From positions 11,710 through 75,709 of IMG/VR virus record IMGVR_UViG_3300032293_001294: a stretch of DNA of 64,000 nucleotides, one strand, 5' to 3'. Each line of letters starts with the position of its first letter. Position 1 is the first letter of the stretch. The notes beneath the pieces were generated by a model, which saw only the letters and a program-made list of their open reading frames with translations, was not told the origin of the DNA and searched no databases. This document shows, piece after piece, positions 16,732 through 25,290 of this stretch. The DNA is from a virus. Position numbers and translations under genes: made by a program.

Positions 16732-17508
16732 ATGGCACTTAAAGGTAAAGACATTCTAGTCTTCTTGTCAATTAAATACCAAGGAGACTGGAATAAAATC
16801 TATCAAGCAATTAAAAATAAAGAACTTGTCGATGAGCCACAAGTTCAAGAAACTGTTTCTAAAATAGAAAGTAAGATTGTCACCATCATCGATGAAGAAT
16901 ACCCTGAATCCTTAAAGAAAATATACAAACCACCGTTTGTTGTTTACTATAAAGGTGATCTAAAGTTGTTGAATAAAAACAATGTAGGTATTATCGGTAC
17001 TAGTAATTTCAGTCATGAAACTGCTAAAAGACTAAATACTTTATTAAGAGAAACCAAACTAAAGTATCCAGGTATTACATATGCCACCATTAATAATTCT
17101 GGTTACGAAGGATTTATTAATAATACATACAGTAACGAATCTGTCTTAGTATTAGATAGAGAAGTTAGATCGTATGATAAAGAAAAATTAATCATCTCTG
17201 AATACCCAGAAGGTAGTCCAGGTAACAACGAACATCGTCCATGGGCAATGAGAATATTAGCAGGCGTTACAAACGCTTTGCTAATTCCAGAAGTGAAACG
17301 CAAAGAAGACGCACTCATTGGTGCAGGATACGCATTGTATCTAAACAAATCGATTGGTGTATTTTCACAACCAAAAGATAAAGATGATGCAACCCATCAG
17401 TTAGAAGAAGACGGCGCTAAAATTATTCTTAGTGCAGCAAATGTGTTTGAACTAACACAACTGCTTGCATATAAAAAAGAAGATAGTGTTCCAAAAGAAA
17501 TGCAATAA
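16732..17508 (+). CDS. dprA: DprA/Smf-like DNA-processing protein, short Mollicutes-type
   Basis: LSIKYQGDWNKIYQAI N-terminus; ITIID..YP.SLK.IYKPPFV.YYKGD; LIISEYP; RILAG. Confidence 0.85.
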   Translation: MALKGKDILVFLSIKYQGDWNKIYQAIKNKELVDEPQVQETVSKIESKIVTIIDEEYPESLKKIYKPPFVVYYKGDLKLLNKNNVGIIGTSNFSHETAKRLNTLLRETKLKYPGITYATINNSGYEGFINNTYSNESVLVLDREVRSYDKEKLIISEYPEGSPGNNEHRPWAMRILAGVTNALLIPEVKRKEDALIGAGYALYLNKSIGVFSQPKDKDDATHQLEEDGAKIILSAANVFELTQLLAYKKEDSVPKEMQ

Positions 17509-17618
17509 ATAATATGTGGTTGGAATTAAGCACTCTGTAAAACCCTAAACACTTTCCCCCTAGATTGTCCAAGGGTTCTCCACATTTATTTCCATTTAAT
17601 CCATAGGAGGATATAAAC

Positions 17619-17885
17619 ATGGGAAGAAAAATTACAACTAAAACATTTGACGTTCTTGTTCGTATGGACATGACCGTTAGAGTTAAAGGCGCAGACAAAG
17701 ATGAAGCAGCTGCTTGGATCAACGAAAGATTTATCGAAGGATTAACGATCGAAGATACAAGCTCAGAATTTATTCCATTAGAAATGATGCCAAAAATTAT
17801 TCATGTTGCGATCAAGAAAGTTAAACGTCCACGTCGTATTAAGTTAAACGAAACGACACCTGCTCAAGAACCTACTGGAGAATAA
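17619..17885 (+). CDS. Hypothetical protein
   Basis: AGGAGG RBS. Confidence 0.75.
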   Translation: MGRKITTKTFDVLVRMDMTVRVKGADKDEAAAWINERFIEGLTIEDTSSEFIPLEMMPKIIHVAIKKVKRPRRIKLNETTPAQEPTGE

Positions 17886-17887
17886 CC

Positions 17888-18346
17888 ATGGGTTTAGACA
17901 TGTACATTGAAAGCAATAAACGTAGTCAAGTCATGGCTTGGCGTAAAGCTAACCATATTCACGGTTGGTTTCAACGTAAACTAGGTGAAGTAGTCAACTG
18001 TAAAAAACATCCAATTAAATCAAGTGACATCGAAGATCTACTTGATGTATGCATCAAGGTTAAAGATTCACTTATTGCAGGTGGTATGTATCTTAAAGAT
18101 ACAGTTGTCGAACGAACTTATAACATGGCTAAAGGACAATGGGATGACAAAGTCGAACCACGTCCACATTTTAAAAATACTAAACTCGCATTAGAATTAT
18201 TACCAGCAGTCGATGGTCCATTCTTTGGCGATAATAGTATTGATGAATGGTATCTAAAAGATATTGAAGATACGATCGAAACACTAACTGAAGTACTCAG
18301 TACAAAACAAACAAATGAAAGGTTTTACTACCTAGCCTGGTGGTAA
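17888..18346 (+). CDS. Conserved phage early protein of unknown function
   Basis: MGLDMY...WRKANHIHGWF...FFG...YY.AWW, a family pattern I recognise from other phages. Confidence 0.8.
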   Translation: MGLDMYIESNKRSQVMAWRKANHIHGWFQRKLGEVVNCKKHPIKSSDIEDLLDVCIKVKDSLIAGGMYLKDTVVERTYNMAKGQWDDKVEPRPHFKNTKLALELLPAVDGPFFGDNSIDEWYLKDIEDTIETLTEVLSTKQTNERFYYLAWW

Positions 18347-18392
18347 ATTAATTCCAGACTGGTTTGACCTACCTATTCGGCACGAGCAACCT

Positions 18393-18615
18393 TATGGTTC
18401 AAACGGCCATTCATGGCGTACGCATCTACGTTCGATTCGTAGACTGGGAAATTTTATTTATGGAAAAGAAATTACAATACGAATACTTAAAAAGATTTGT
18501 CGATAACTATCGGACACGTAAAACATACAACCCCATCATGTTACGCGTGTTCGATATTCTCTTAGCAGATCTAGAAGCTGACGTTATAACTCAAATAAAG
18601 AAAGGAAAATTATGA
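18393..18615 (+). CDS. Hypothetical protein (start uncertain)
   Basis: Open frame ending in an ATGA overlap; no clear RBS. Confidence 0.45.
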
Positions 18616-18818
18616 AACAACATCACGTTATTCTTACATATGCACTTGTCAATATTGCAATTGCAGCTATCTTATTTTACTTATGGGAATCATCTTCCTA
18701 TACAGTCTCACTAAGCGAAGCCATTAGTGGTACAGCTACCTTAAGATTCTGGTTGTTTGTATCTGGAGTTGTAGGCATATTTGTATTCGCCCACTTCTCA
18801 AGTAAAGAAACAAAATGA
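18612..18818 (+). CDS. Small two-TM membrane protein
   Basis: Two hydrophobic helices; AAAGGA RBS. Confidence 0.7.
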   Translation: MKQHHVILTYALVNIAIAAILFYLWESSSYTVSLSEAISGTATLRFWLFVSGVVGIFVFAHFSSKETK

Positions 18819-19105
18819 AAAAATCAAAGTATGTTAAACAAGGATATTGTCCGTCTTGTGGATCTAATCAATTAAAATACAATGAAGATATTATTGATGG
18901 TGAATATTTAACATATCTTTATCAATGTAACTCTTGTTATTTTGAAGGTGAAGAAAACTACACCATCGAATTTAATTCACATCAATATTACGTCAGTCCT
19001 CAAGAAGGTTATGACGTAATGTATCCAGGTGAAAGTTTATTACAAGATCGATTATCCTTTGCAGAATTCCAAGCCAAACATAAGAAAGGTAAAAAGAAAA
19101 AATGA
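18815..19105 (+). CDS. Zinc-ribbon protein
   Basis: CPSC...CNSC. Confidence 0.7.
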   Translation: MKKSKYVKQGYCPSCGSNQLKYNEDIIDGEYLTYLYQCNSCYFEGEENYTIEFNSHQYYVSPQEGYDVMYPGESLLQDRLSFAEFQAKHKKGKKKK

Positions 19106-19305
19106 AACACCATCTTATTGGTAAACTTATTGTCATCGTTTATATGGACGGTGAACCACACTACAATGGACGACAAGGTATTGTCAATCACATCGATGAC
19201 TGGGGTCAACTACATGGTACATGGGGTGGACTCGCAGTCAATCCAGAAGTAGATAAGTATCTTGTTATTGCAGAACAACAAGAAAGAGGACCAGCTTATG
19301 ACTAA
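19102..19305 (+). CDS. DUF4314-like protein
   Basis: G.V.HIDD.GQLHGTWGGLAV..E.D. Confidence 0.7.
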   Translation: MKHHLIGKLIVIVYMDGEPHYNGRQGIVNHIDDWGQLHGTWGGLAVNPEVDKYLVIAEQQERGPAYD

Positions 19306-19465
19306 GAAAAAAGAAGCAAACTTACATGGCTTAATCGCTAACCTTATTCAAGAACTTATTGATATGGGTTACAACGAAAAAGATTTAGTCTGGATGTTAA
19401 ATCAATATGGCATTACAGAAGAAGAAACCAAAGAATGGTATGGTATTCCATATGACGAAAAATAA
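19298..19465 (+). CDS. Hypothetical protein (start MTKKK)
   Basis: GAGGA RBS before ATG 19298. Confidence 0.65.
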   Translation: MTKKKEANLHGLIANLIQELIDMGYNEKDLVWMLNQYGITEEETKEWYGIPYDEK

Positions 19466-19685
19466 AAATCCAATTAAAAATTTAGAAAAATTAGCTAACG
19501 ATGTTATTAAAGTAATACATTTGTTTAATGACTTAAAAATAAAAGATTTAAATTTAGGTCAAAAAAGATTTGCTTTATTAAATCAATTATCAAATGTCTT
19601 ACCTGTTATTAATGAATTGATTAATCACATAGAACTTGAAGATACAACAGACGTACCTAATATAGGTATGACAACGGAGGACTAA
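19452..19685 (+). CDS. Hypothetical protein (start likely MTKNK)
   Basis: Overlap-coupled ORF. Confidence 0.6.
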   Translation: MTKNKNPIKNLEKLANDVIKVIHLFNDLKIKDLNLGQKRFALLNQLSNVLPVINELINHIELEDTTDVPNIGMTTED

Positions 19686-19686
19686 C

Positions 19687-20586
19687 ATGACAACCCAAGA
19701 AATTATCGTCCGCATGCGAGATGATCTTGCTAAAGGTATTGTTAAAGTTGTATCAAGTGATGGGTATAGATACTATACAGACACACTTACAGAACAACTC
19801 ATTGTTCCTATTACAACGCCAGATGAAACGGCAAACTTATATGAACGTGTAATTATAAACGCAAACCAAGCAAGAGCAGAAGCAACTAAAGATTTATTCT
19901 CAACGCTGCCAAGAGTAAGTATGTTTGTAGGTCAACCAGATACTGGTAAAACTTTCAAAGCATTTGAAATTGCTAAGCAATGTGGTGTCACTCCATTGTT
20001 TATTATGTGCAGAGATAATCTAAACTTAGAAACATTACTTGAAAACTTTACGTTAGTGGATGGTAAACCACACTTCTTACCATCACTTGCAATTCAAATG
20101 ATGTCCGATAAGGAAAAGAAAAAATATATTATTATTCTTGACGAATATAATACCTTGCTAACAGGTGTTATGAAAACTACTCAACCAATCTTTGATGACA
20201 CTTCAACGACATTCGAATATCGTGGCGTTATCTATGAGAAGAATATGAACTGTAAGTTTATTGTTACACTCAATGATAAAGACAAAGGTATTAGCATTGT
20301 CCCTGACGCGATTTTATCACGTGTTGAGATGACATTCTTTGATCCAGTTCCAACCAGTACCATTGCAAAATGGACGAACGTAAACATTGAATGGATTAAT
20401 AATCTATTTAATATTTATAAAGTGTTAGGTCTTACTAACATTTTTGGTACAAGACAAATCAAAATTCTCAGTGGTAAATCCATTGATAGAATTAAAAACC
20501 ATCTCTATGGTTTATGCAAGATGACAAAGACAGACGATAAGTTACTCGATACATTACAAGTCCAACAACTTATTAACAAATTATAA
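19687..20586 (+). CDS. MoxR/CbbQ-like AAA+ ATPase
   Basis: Walker A GQPDTGKT, Walker B IIILDEYN, sensor TLN, AILSR; vWA partner downstream. Confidence 0.8.
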   Translation: MTTQEIIVRMRDDLAKGIVKVVSSDGYRYYTDTLTEQLIVPITTPDETANLYERVIINANQARAEATKDLFSTLPRVSMFVGQPDTGKTFKAFEIAKQCGVTPLFIMCRDNLNLETLLENFTLVDGKPHFLPSLAIQMMSDKEKKKYIIILDEYNTLLTGVMKTTQPIFDDTSTTFEYRGVIYEKNMNCKFIVTLNDKDKGISIVPDAILSRVEMTFFDPVPTSTIAKWTNVNIEWINNLFNIYKVLGLTNIFGTRQIKILSGKSIDRIKNHLYGLCKMTKTDDKLLDTLQVQQLINKL

Positions 20587-20598
20587 AGGAGGTTAATC

Positions 20599-20853
20599 AT
20601 GGACTACGAAGATTTCTTTCCCATCACAGAAGAACAACTTGTTCGTATACAACAAGATGGAATTAAAGGTATAACTAGATATGAAAATAGTAGACCTATG
20701 CAACGACAAGAATTAAATAATCTAAAATTAATTTACATTGTCGGTGGTATAGATGAAACCATTTACTATCGTGGCTATGTAGATAAGTATGATATCTGGG
20801 AATCAGATAACAACTTATACCTACGTCATCGTGTCCATGATTCAACGGACTAA
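20599..20853 (+). CDS. Hypothetical protein between the AAA and vWA genes
   Basis: AGGAGG RBS. Confidence 0.7.
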   Translation: MDYEDFFPITEEQLVRIQQDGIKGITRYENSRPMQRQELNNLKLIYIVGGIDETIYYRGYVDKYDIWESDNNLYLRHRVHDSTD

Positions 20854-20854
20854 C

Positions 20855-22483
20855 ATGGAACAAGAAAAAAAGAAAAAGCTTGATCCAGTCAAGCAAGCAT
20901 ACGCAAACGTCTTGCAATTTATTACAAACAATTTTTATACACAACCAGGAGAAGAAATATTTGTTGAGATAGATGATCAATCTAAGGAAAATAATTTCTA
21001 TGATGGTAAACGAATTGTTCTTAGTGGTGAATTGCTAGACGCATTCGGTAAATTAAATCTTCCAAGATTCTTGATTTATTATCACGAACTCGGACATCAC
21101 TTGTATAGCAGAGGTATGTTTCAACTTATTGACACATGGCAAAAGCAAACAAGTGGTCCGTTGGAATGGAATACAAACTATCATCACTTAGTAAACTGGC
21201 TTGAAGATTTTTATATCGAAGCTAGATTGAAACGTGAGCATAGTTATCTTACCGATGTAATCAACTGCATCCGTAAGATGCCTCCAGAATATGACATCAG
21301 TCAAATACAATATGCATTTAATTATTATTATGTGCATGAAGCCCCATCTCCATCGCTAGTATACCTAGATCAAATCGTCTTTAAAAAGTATATCGATAAA
21401 CTGTTACAGTTAAGAGATAGTAACAAGACAAGATTTGGATATGGTATTCTGACAACGCTTTCTATTAAGAAGAGTAACGAAACTCTATTTGCTGAAACCA
21501 TTATTGAATTTTATAATTGGTGTGTAAGCAAAAATATATTTAATGATCAACAAAGAATGCCACCATTACGAAACCCTAATCAACATCTTGAACCAGGTAA
21601 AGGTCAAACAACTAGTAAACTTTTACAAGATGTAGCAGGTTTATTCGATGACAAGAAACATCTTGATACAGGTAAATCCGTATCATCTGGTGGTAGTGTC
21701 AGTGATCATGCTAAAGAATTAGGTAAAGTTATTATAAGTCAATACAAAGAAGCACCGCATATTAAACAATCAACTGACATGTTGCAAGAACATTTAATTC
21801 AAGAAAAAACATTAATCAATAAAGAAATGTTAGACATGTCAATGCGTGCACAAACACAACGTCATACATTGGATGGGTTGTTTACTCCTAATTATATTGA
21901 GTCAACAATCATACAACCAAGAATAAGTGTTGTGAATTTCTTTAATCCTAATCGACTTGTCGACCAACGTTTGTTCCTTGAAAGAGGACATACGTATATG
22001 AACGTCGCAATCTACCGAGATATATCAGGTAGTACATCAGGTACAACGCATACACTGATGAGTAAAGTAGTTGAAAAATTACTGGAACAAATACCTGTTG
22101 ATGTCACGTACTATCTGTATGCAAGTGGTAAAATTAGTATCCTTGAAGTCCCTTATATTAAATGGGATCACGATGCAGTTAAACCTAAAGAGTATACAAA
22201 CAATCCTTTGTTTGAACAACTCGGAGGTGGTACAAACAGTGACGCAATTGCTGACGTAATGACACAACAACTTAGTGATAAGTGGTTAAACATCATCGTT
22301 ACAGATGGTGACTTAAATAGTTTAATGGCAAGAGATAACATCAACGCCTTACTAAAGAACGTGTTTGCTATTGCAGTCAATGGTAATTTAACAGACAAAG
22401 TAAATGGCATTGAGATCAAAGATGAAACTAAAATCAATGACATAACTGCTGCGATGCAAACGCTTAATTTGTCTGGAACTTAG
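20855..22483 (+). CDS. HEXXH + von Willebrand A domain protein (CobT-like MoxR partner)
   Basis: YYHELGH...NWLED..IE; MIDAS DISGS, GGGT, IIVTDG; likely start MEQ at 20855. Confidence 0.82.
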   Translation: MEQEKKKKLDPVKQAYANVLQFITNNFYTQPGEEIFVEIDDQSKENNFYDGKRIVLSGELLDAFGKLNLPRFLIYYHELGHHLYSRGMFQLIDTWQKQTSGPLEWNTNYHHLVNWLEDFYIEARLKREHSYLTDVINCIRKMPPEYDISQIQYAFNYYYVHEAPSPSLVYLDQIVFKKYIDKLLQLRDSNKTRFGYGILTTLSIKKSNETLFAETIIEFYNWCVSKNIFNDQQRMPPLRNPNQHLEPGKGQTTSKLLQDVAGLFDDKKHLDTGKSVSSGGSVSDHAKELGKVIISQYKEAPHIKQSTDMLQEHLIQEKTLINKEMLDMSMRAQTQRHTLDGLFTPNYIESTIIQPRISVVNFFNPNRLVDQRLFLERGHTYMNVAIYRDISGSTSGTTHTLMSKVVEKLLEQIPVDVTYYLYASGKISILEVPYIKWDHDAVKPKEYTNNPLFEQLGGGTNSDAIADVMTQQLSDKWLNIIVTDGDLNSLMARDNINALLKNVFAIAVNGNLTDKVNGIEIKDETKINDITAAMQTLNLSGT

Positions 22484-22509
22484 ACTCAGAAAGGAGTATA
22501 ATTATATAG

Positions 22510-23445
22510 ATGAATATCTACCAACTCGTCTTTGGTGTTGACTCTGGACAAGTCAACTGTGCCTTTCATGATGATACTAAACCAAGTGCTGGTATCAGCT
22601 TCGAAGGGCAATACAACTGCTTTATGTGTGGTGCAAAAGCACACAATGAAATTGGATTTATTAGTAAATACTTTGGCGTCAGTCAACGGTATGCACAACG
22701 GATTAAAGACTCATTAGAAAAAGCAGAGCAATATAAATACAATAAACAACCATTAACAATGGACCAAGATAAATACCTTAAAGGTATTGGATTGTCTGAT
22801 CAAATTATTAAAGACAATTTCTTTTGTAGTAGTACAGGCGGTAAACTTATGTACGAACACAAATGGAATGGCATTCGTATAGGTACAACCTGGTTTAACA
22901 ATCCAAGTCTACCTAACTATAATGCTGCAGCAGATAAATATAAGTATGGACCAGGTGTATTCGCAGGAATGCTAACACCATATGATGTAGTCCAAGCAAA
23001 TAGTACACTTATTATTTGTGAAGGTGAGAAAGATATGTTGACTGCACGATCCCAAGGTATCACCAACGCAGTCGCTAAGTTAGGTGGTGCAAAATCCTAC
23101 ATTGTAGGTGGTCGTAATCTAGAAAACAAAAACGTTGTCTTGATTTATGACTGTGATGAAGCAGGTAGAAACGGTGCTCAACAAGATGCACAAATCTTAA
23201 CGGAAAGATTTAAATGTAAAGTTAAAGTCATTGACCTTGGTCTTGAAGACAAAGGAGATCTTAATGACTACTTTATTAAACACAATAAAACTCCACAAGA
23301 TTTATATGCATTGTTTAAAGCAACGCCTATCTTCGTAGCCCAACCGGAAACGGTCCAAACTAAATTACAAAAGCTAGTGTCCAAGCTCACAGATGATGAG
23401 ATCGACCAGCTAGTAATAATGCTTAATGAACGGAAAGGAGAATAA
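22510..23445 (+). CDS. DnaG-type primase (zinc finger + TOPRIM)
   Basis: CAFHDD...CFMC zinc-binding domain; ICEGEKD, YDCDEAG, DLNDY. Confidence 0.88.
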   Translation: MNIYQLVFGVDSGQVNCAFHDDTKPSAGISFEGQYNCFMCGAKAHNEIGFISKYFGVSQRYAQRIKDSLEKAEQYKYNKQPLTMDQDKYLKGIGLSDQIIKDNFFCSSTGGKLMYEHKWNGIRIGTTWFNNPSLPNYNAAADKYKYGPGVFAGMLTPYDVVQANSTLIICEGEKDMLTARSQGITNAVAKLGGAKSYIVGGRNLENKNVVLIYDCDEAGRNGAQQDAQILTERFKCKVKVIDLGLEDKGDLNDYFIKHNKTPQDLYALFKATPIFVAQPETVQTKLQKLVSKLTDDEIDQLVIMLNERKGE

Positions 23446-23446
23446 C

Positions 23447-23899
23447 ATGAACAAACCGTCATTAAAAGACATCCTTATTAAGGATGCAAATACTGCCAAA
23501 ACCCAAGGTGGTATCGTCAACGAAGTCTTAGCTCCAGGAAACTACGTCGCTAAAGTACTAGGCTTTACTGAAGAAGAAGCGTATCAATTCGTATCGTTGG
23601 AAATCAACAAGAAGAAATTTAATTTCTTTTACAACTATTACTTACGTAATACGACTGACTTAGATGCAAGCTTAATCAACTGGATTAAAGCGTTAGCTAC
23701 TATCCCAGTTAAAGAATCTACTTCGTTATTAGAAATTGCTAACAGTGCAATTGGTTCTAGTTTTAAGATTACAATCTATAACTATGTATCCAAGACTGGT
23801 AAGAACGCTGGTAAAACTCAACACGCTATCTCATTCAAAGATAAGCCAGTGTTAGAAACAACCACGATCGAAACAGAACAAGTCGAACTACCATTCTAA
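23447..23899 (+). CDS. Putative single-stranded DNA-binding protein
   Basis: LAPGNY OB-fold-like start, acidic tail ending ELPF, position in the replication module. Confidence 0.6.
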   Translation: MNKPSLKDILIKDANTAKTQGGIVNEVLAPGNYVAKVLGFTEEEAYQFVSLEINKKKFNFFYNYYLRNTTDLDASLINWIKALATIPVKESTSLLEIANSAIGSSFKITIYNYVSKTGKNAGKTQHAISFKDKPVLETTTIETEQVELPF

Positions 23900-23954
23900 T
23901 TAAACACCTGGCAGTGTATAGGTTAACTGCCACTTCTAAAGAAAGGGAAGCTAT

Positions 23955-25277
23955 ATGAAACACGCCTATCTGTTATACACAGGTTACGGTAAAACTAAAA
24001 TGTGTTTAGATAAAATTATGGCTGCTCCTACCAAACCAAGAACGTTACTTATTAGTACTAAGAACGTAATTGAATCTTCATGGTCAAGTGAAATAGATAA
24101 GTGGTATAAAGATAAAATTAGTTATGGTTACATAACAGGTAAGATCAAAGAAGAAGATAGACTTAACATTGCTACACAGCAATTCGATATCTTCGGAATG
24201 AATACTGAAATGATCGACTGGTACATCAGTCATACTACAAACGTTAAACGTAAAACTTATAACAAACATGGTGTTAAACTACACTATGACGAACAAGATC
24301 TATTAGATCGATTCGACTTGCTCATCATTGATGAAGTAAGTTTGTTTAAGAACTACCGTTCACAACGCTTTAAACTTATTAAGAAGTGGGCACATCAAAT
24401 CAAAAACGTTATGATTCTGTCTGCCACACCAACACCTAAGAACATCGAAGATATATGGGCACCTATATTTTTACTAGACGGCGGACAAAGATTGGGTCAC
24501 ACCATCACTGAGTTCAGAACGAACTATGCTATACCTGTACCATTAATGAATGGGCAGAATCGTTATCAATATTCTATTGAAGCAACGAATCATATTCTTA
24601 ATCTTATTAAGGATATTTCTACTAGCGTACCTGAACCAGCACAAGCTTTGTTTCCTGAACCGATTGTCAAGAAGCTATTGATTAAACCAGATCCTAATAC
24701 AGAACAATTGCTTAAGCAATTTAAACAAGACTTTATTGTTAAGTTAAATAACGGATCAAATCTTATTGCATTTAGTAAGACACAATTAATTAATAAAGTT
24801 AATCAGATTGCAAGTGGTAATGTATATAACCAAGATCAAACAGTACATGTTAATGATCTTAAGTTACGTGTATTACAACAAAGAATTTCTACAATACAAA
24901 CACCAGTATTAGTAACGTATACATACGTGTTTGACAAAGAACAATTACTTAAACTACCTGGTGCAAGAATGTTATCAACTAAAGAAGACTTCGAAGATTG
25001 GAATGCTAACAAAATTAAAGTAGGTATTCTTAGTCCATTCAGTGCAGCGCATGGTCTCAATCTACAGTACAGTGATTGCCAAGATATCTTTTGGTTCAGC
25101 CCAATATGGGATACTGAAAAGTGGATACAAACCAACGCACGCATCTGTCGACGTGGACAAACAAGACAAGTCACAATCAATGTCTTGCTACTTAAGGAAA
25201 GCTACGATGATTACGCATTCGATTTATGCCAAGAAAAATTTAAAGCACAATATACAAATCTAGTAAAACTAAAATAA
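23955..25277 (+). CDS. SNF2-family (SF2) helicase
   Basis: TGYGKT, IIDEVS, LSATP, AHGLNLQ, QTNARICRRGQ. Confidence 0.9.
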   Translation: MKHAYLLYTGYGKTKMCLDKIMAAPTKPRTLLISTKNVIESSWSSEIDKWYKDKISYGYITGKIKEEDRLNIATQQFDIFGMNTEMIDWYISHTTNVKRKTYNKHGVKLHYDEQDLLDRFDLLIIDEVSLFKNYRSQRFKLIKKWAHQIKNVMILSATPTPKNIEDIWAPIFLLDGGQRLGHTITEFRTNYAIPVPLMNGQNRYQYSIEATNHILNLIKDISTSVPEPAQALFPEPIVKKLLIKPDPNTEQLLKQFKQDFIVKLNNGSNLIAFSKTQLINKVNQIASGNVYNQDQTVHVNDLKLRVLQQRISTIQTPVLVTYTYVFDKEQLLKLPGARMLSTKEDFEDWNANKIKVGILSPFSAAHGLNLQYSDCQDIFWFSPIWDTEKWIQTNARICRRGQTRQVTINVLLLKESYDDYAFDLCQEKFKAQYTNLVKLK

Positions 25278-25290
25278 AGGAAGGACTTGT

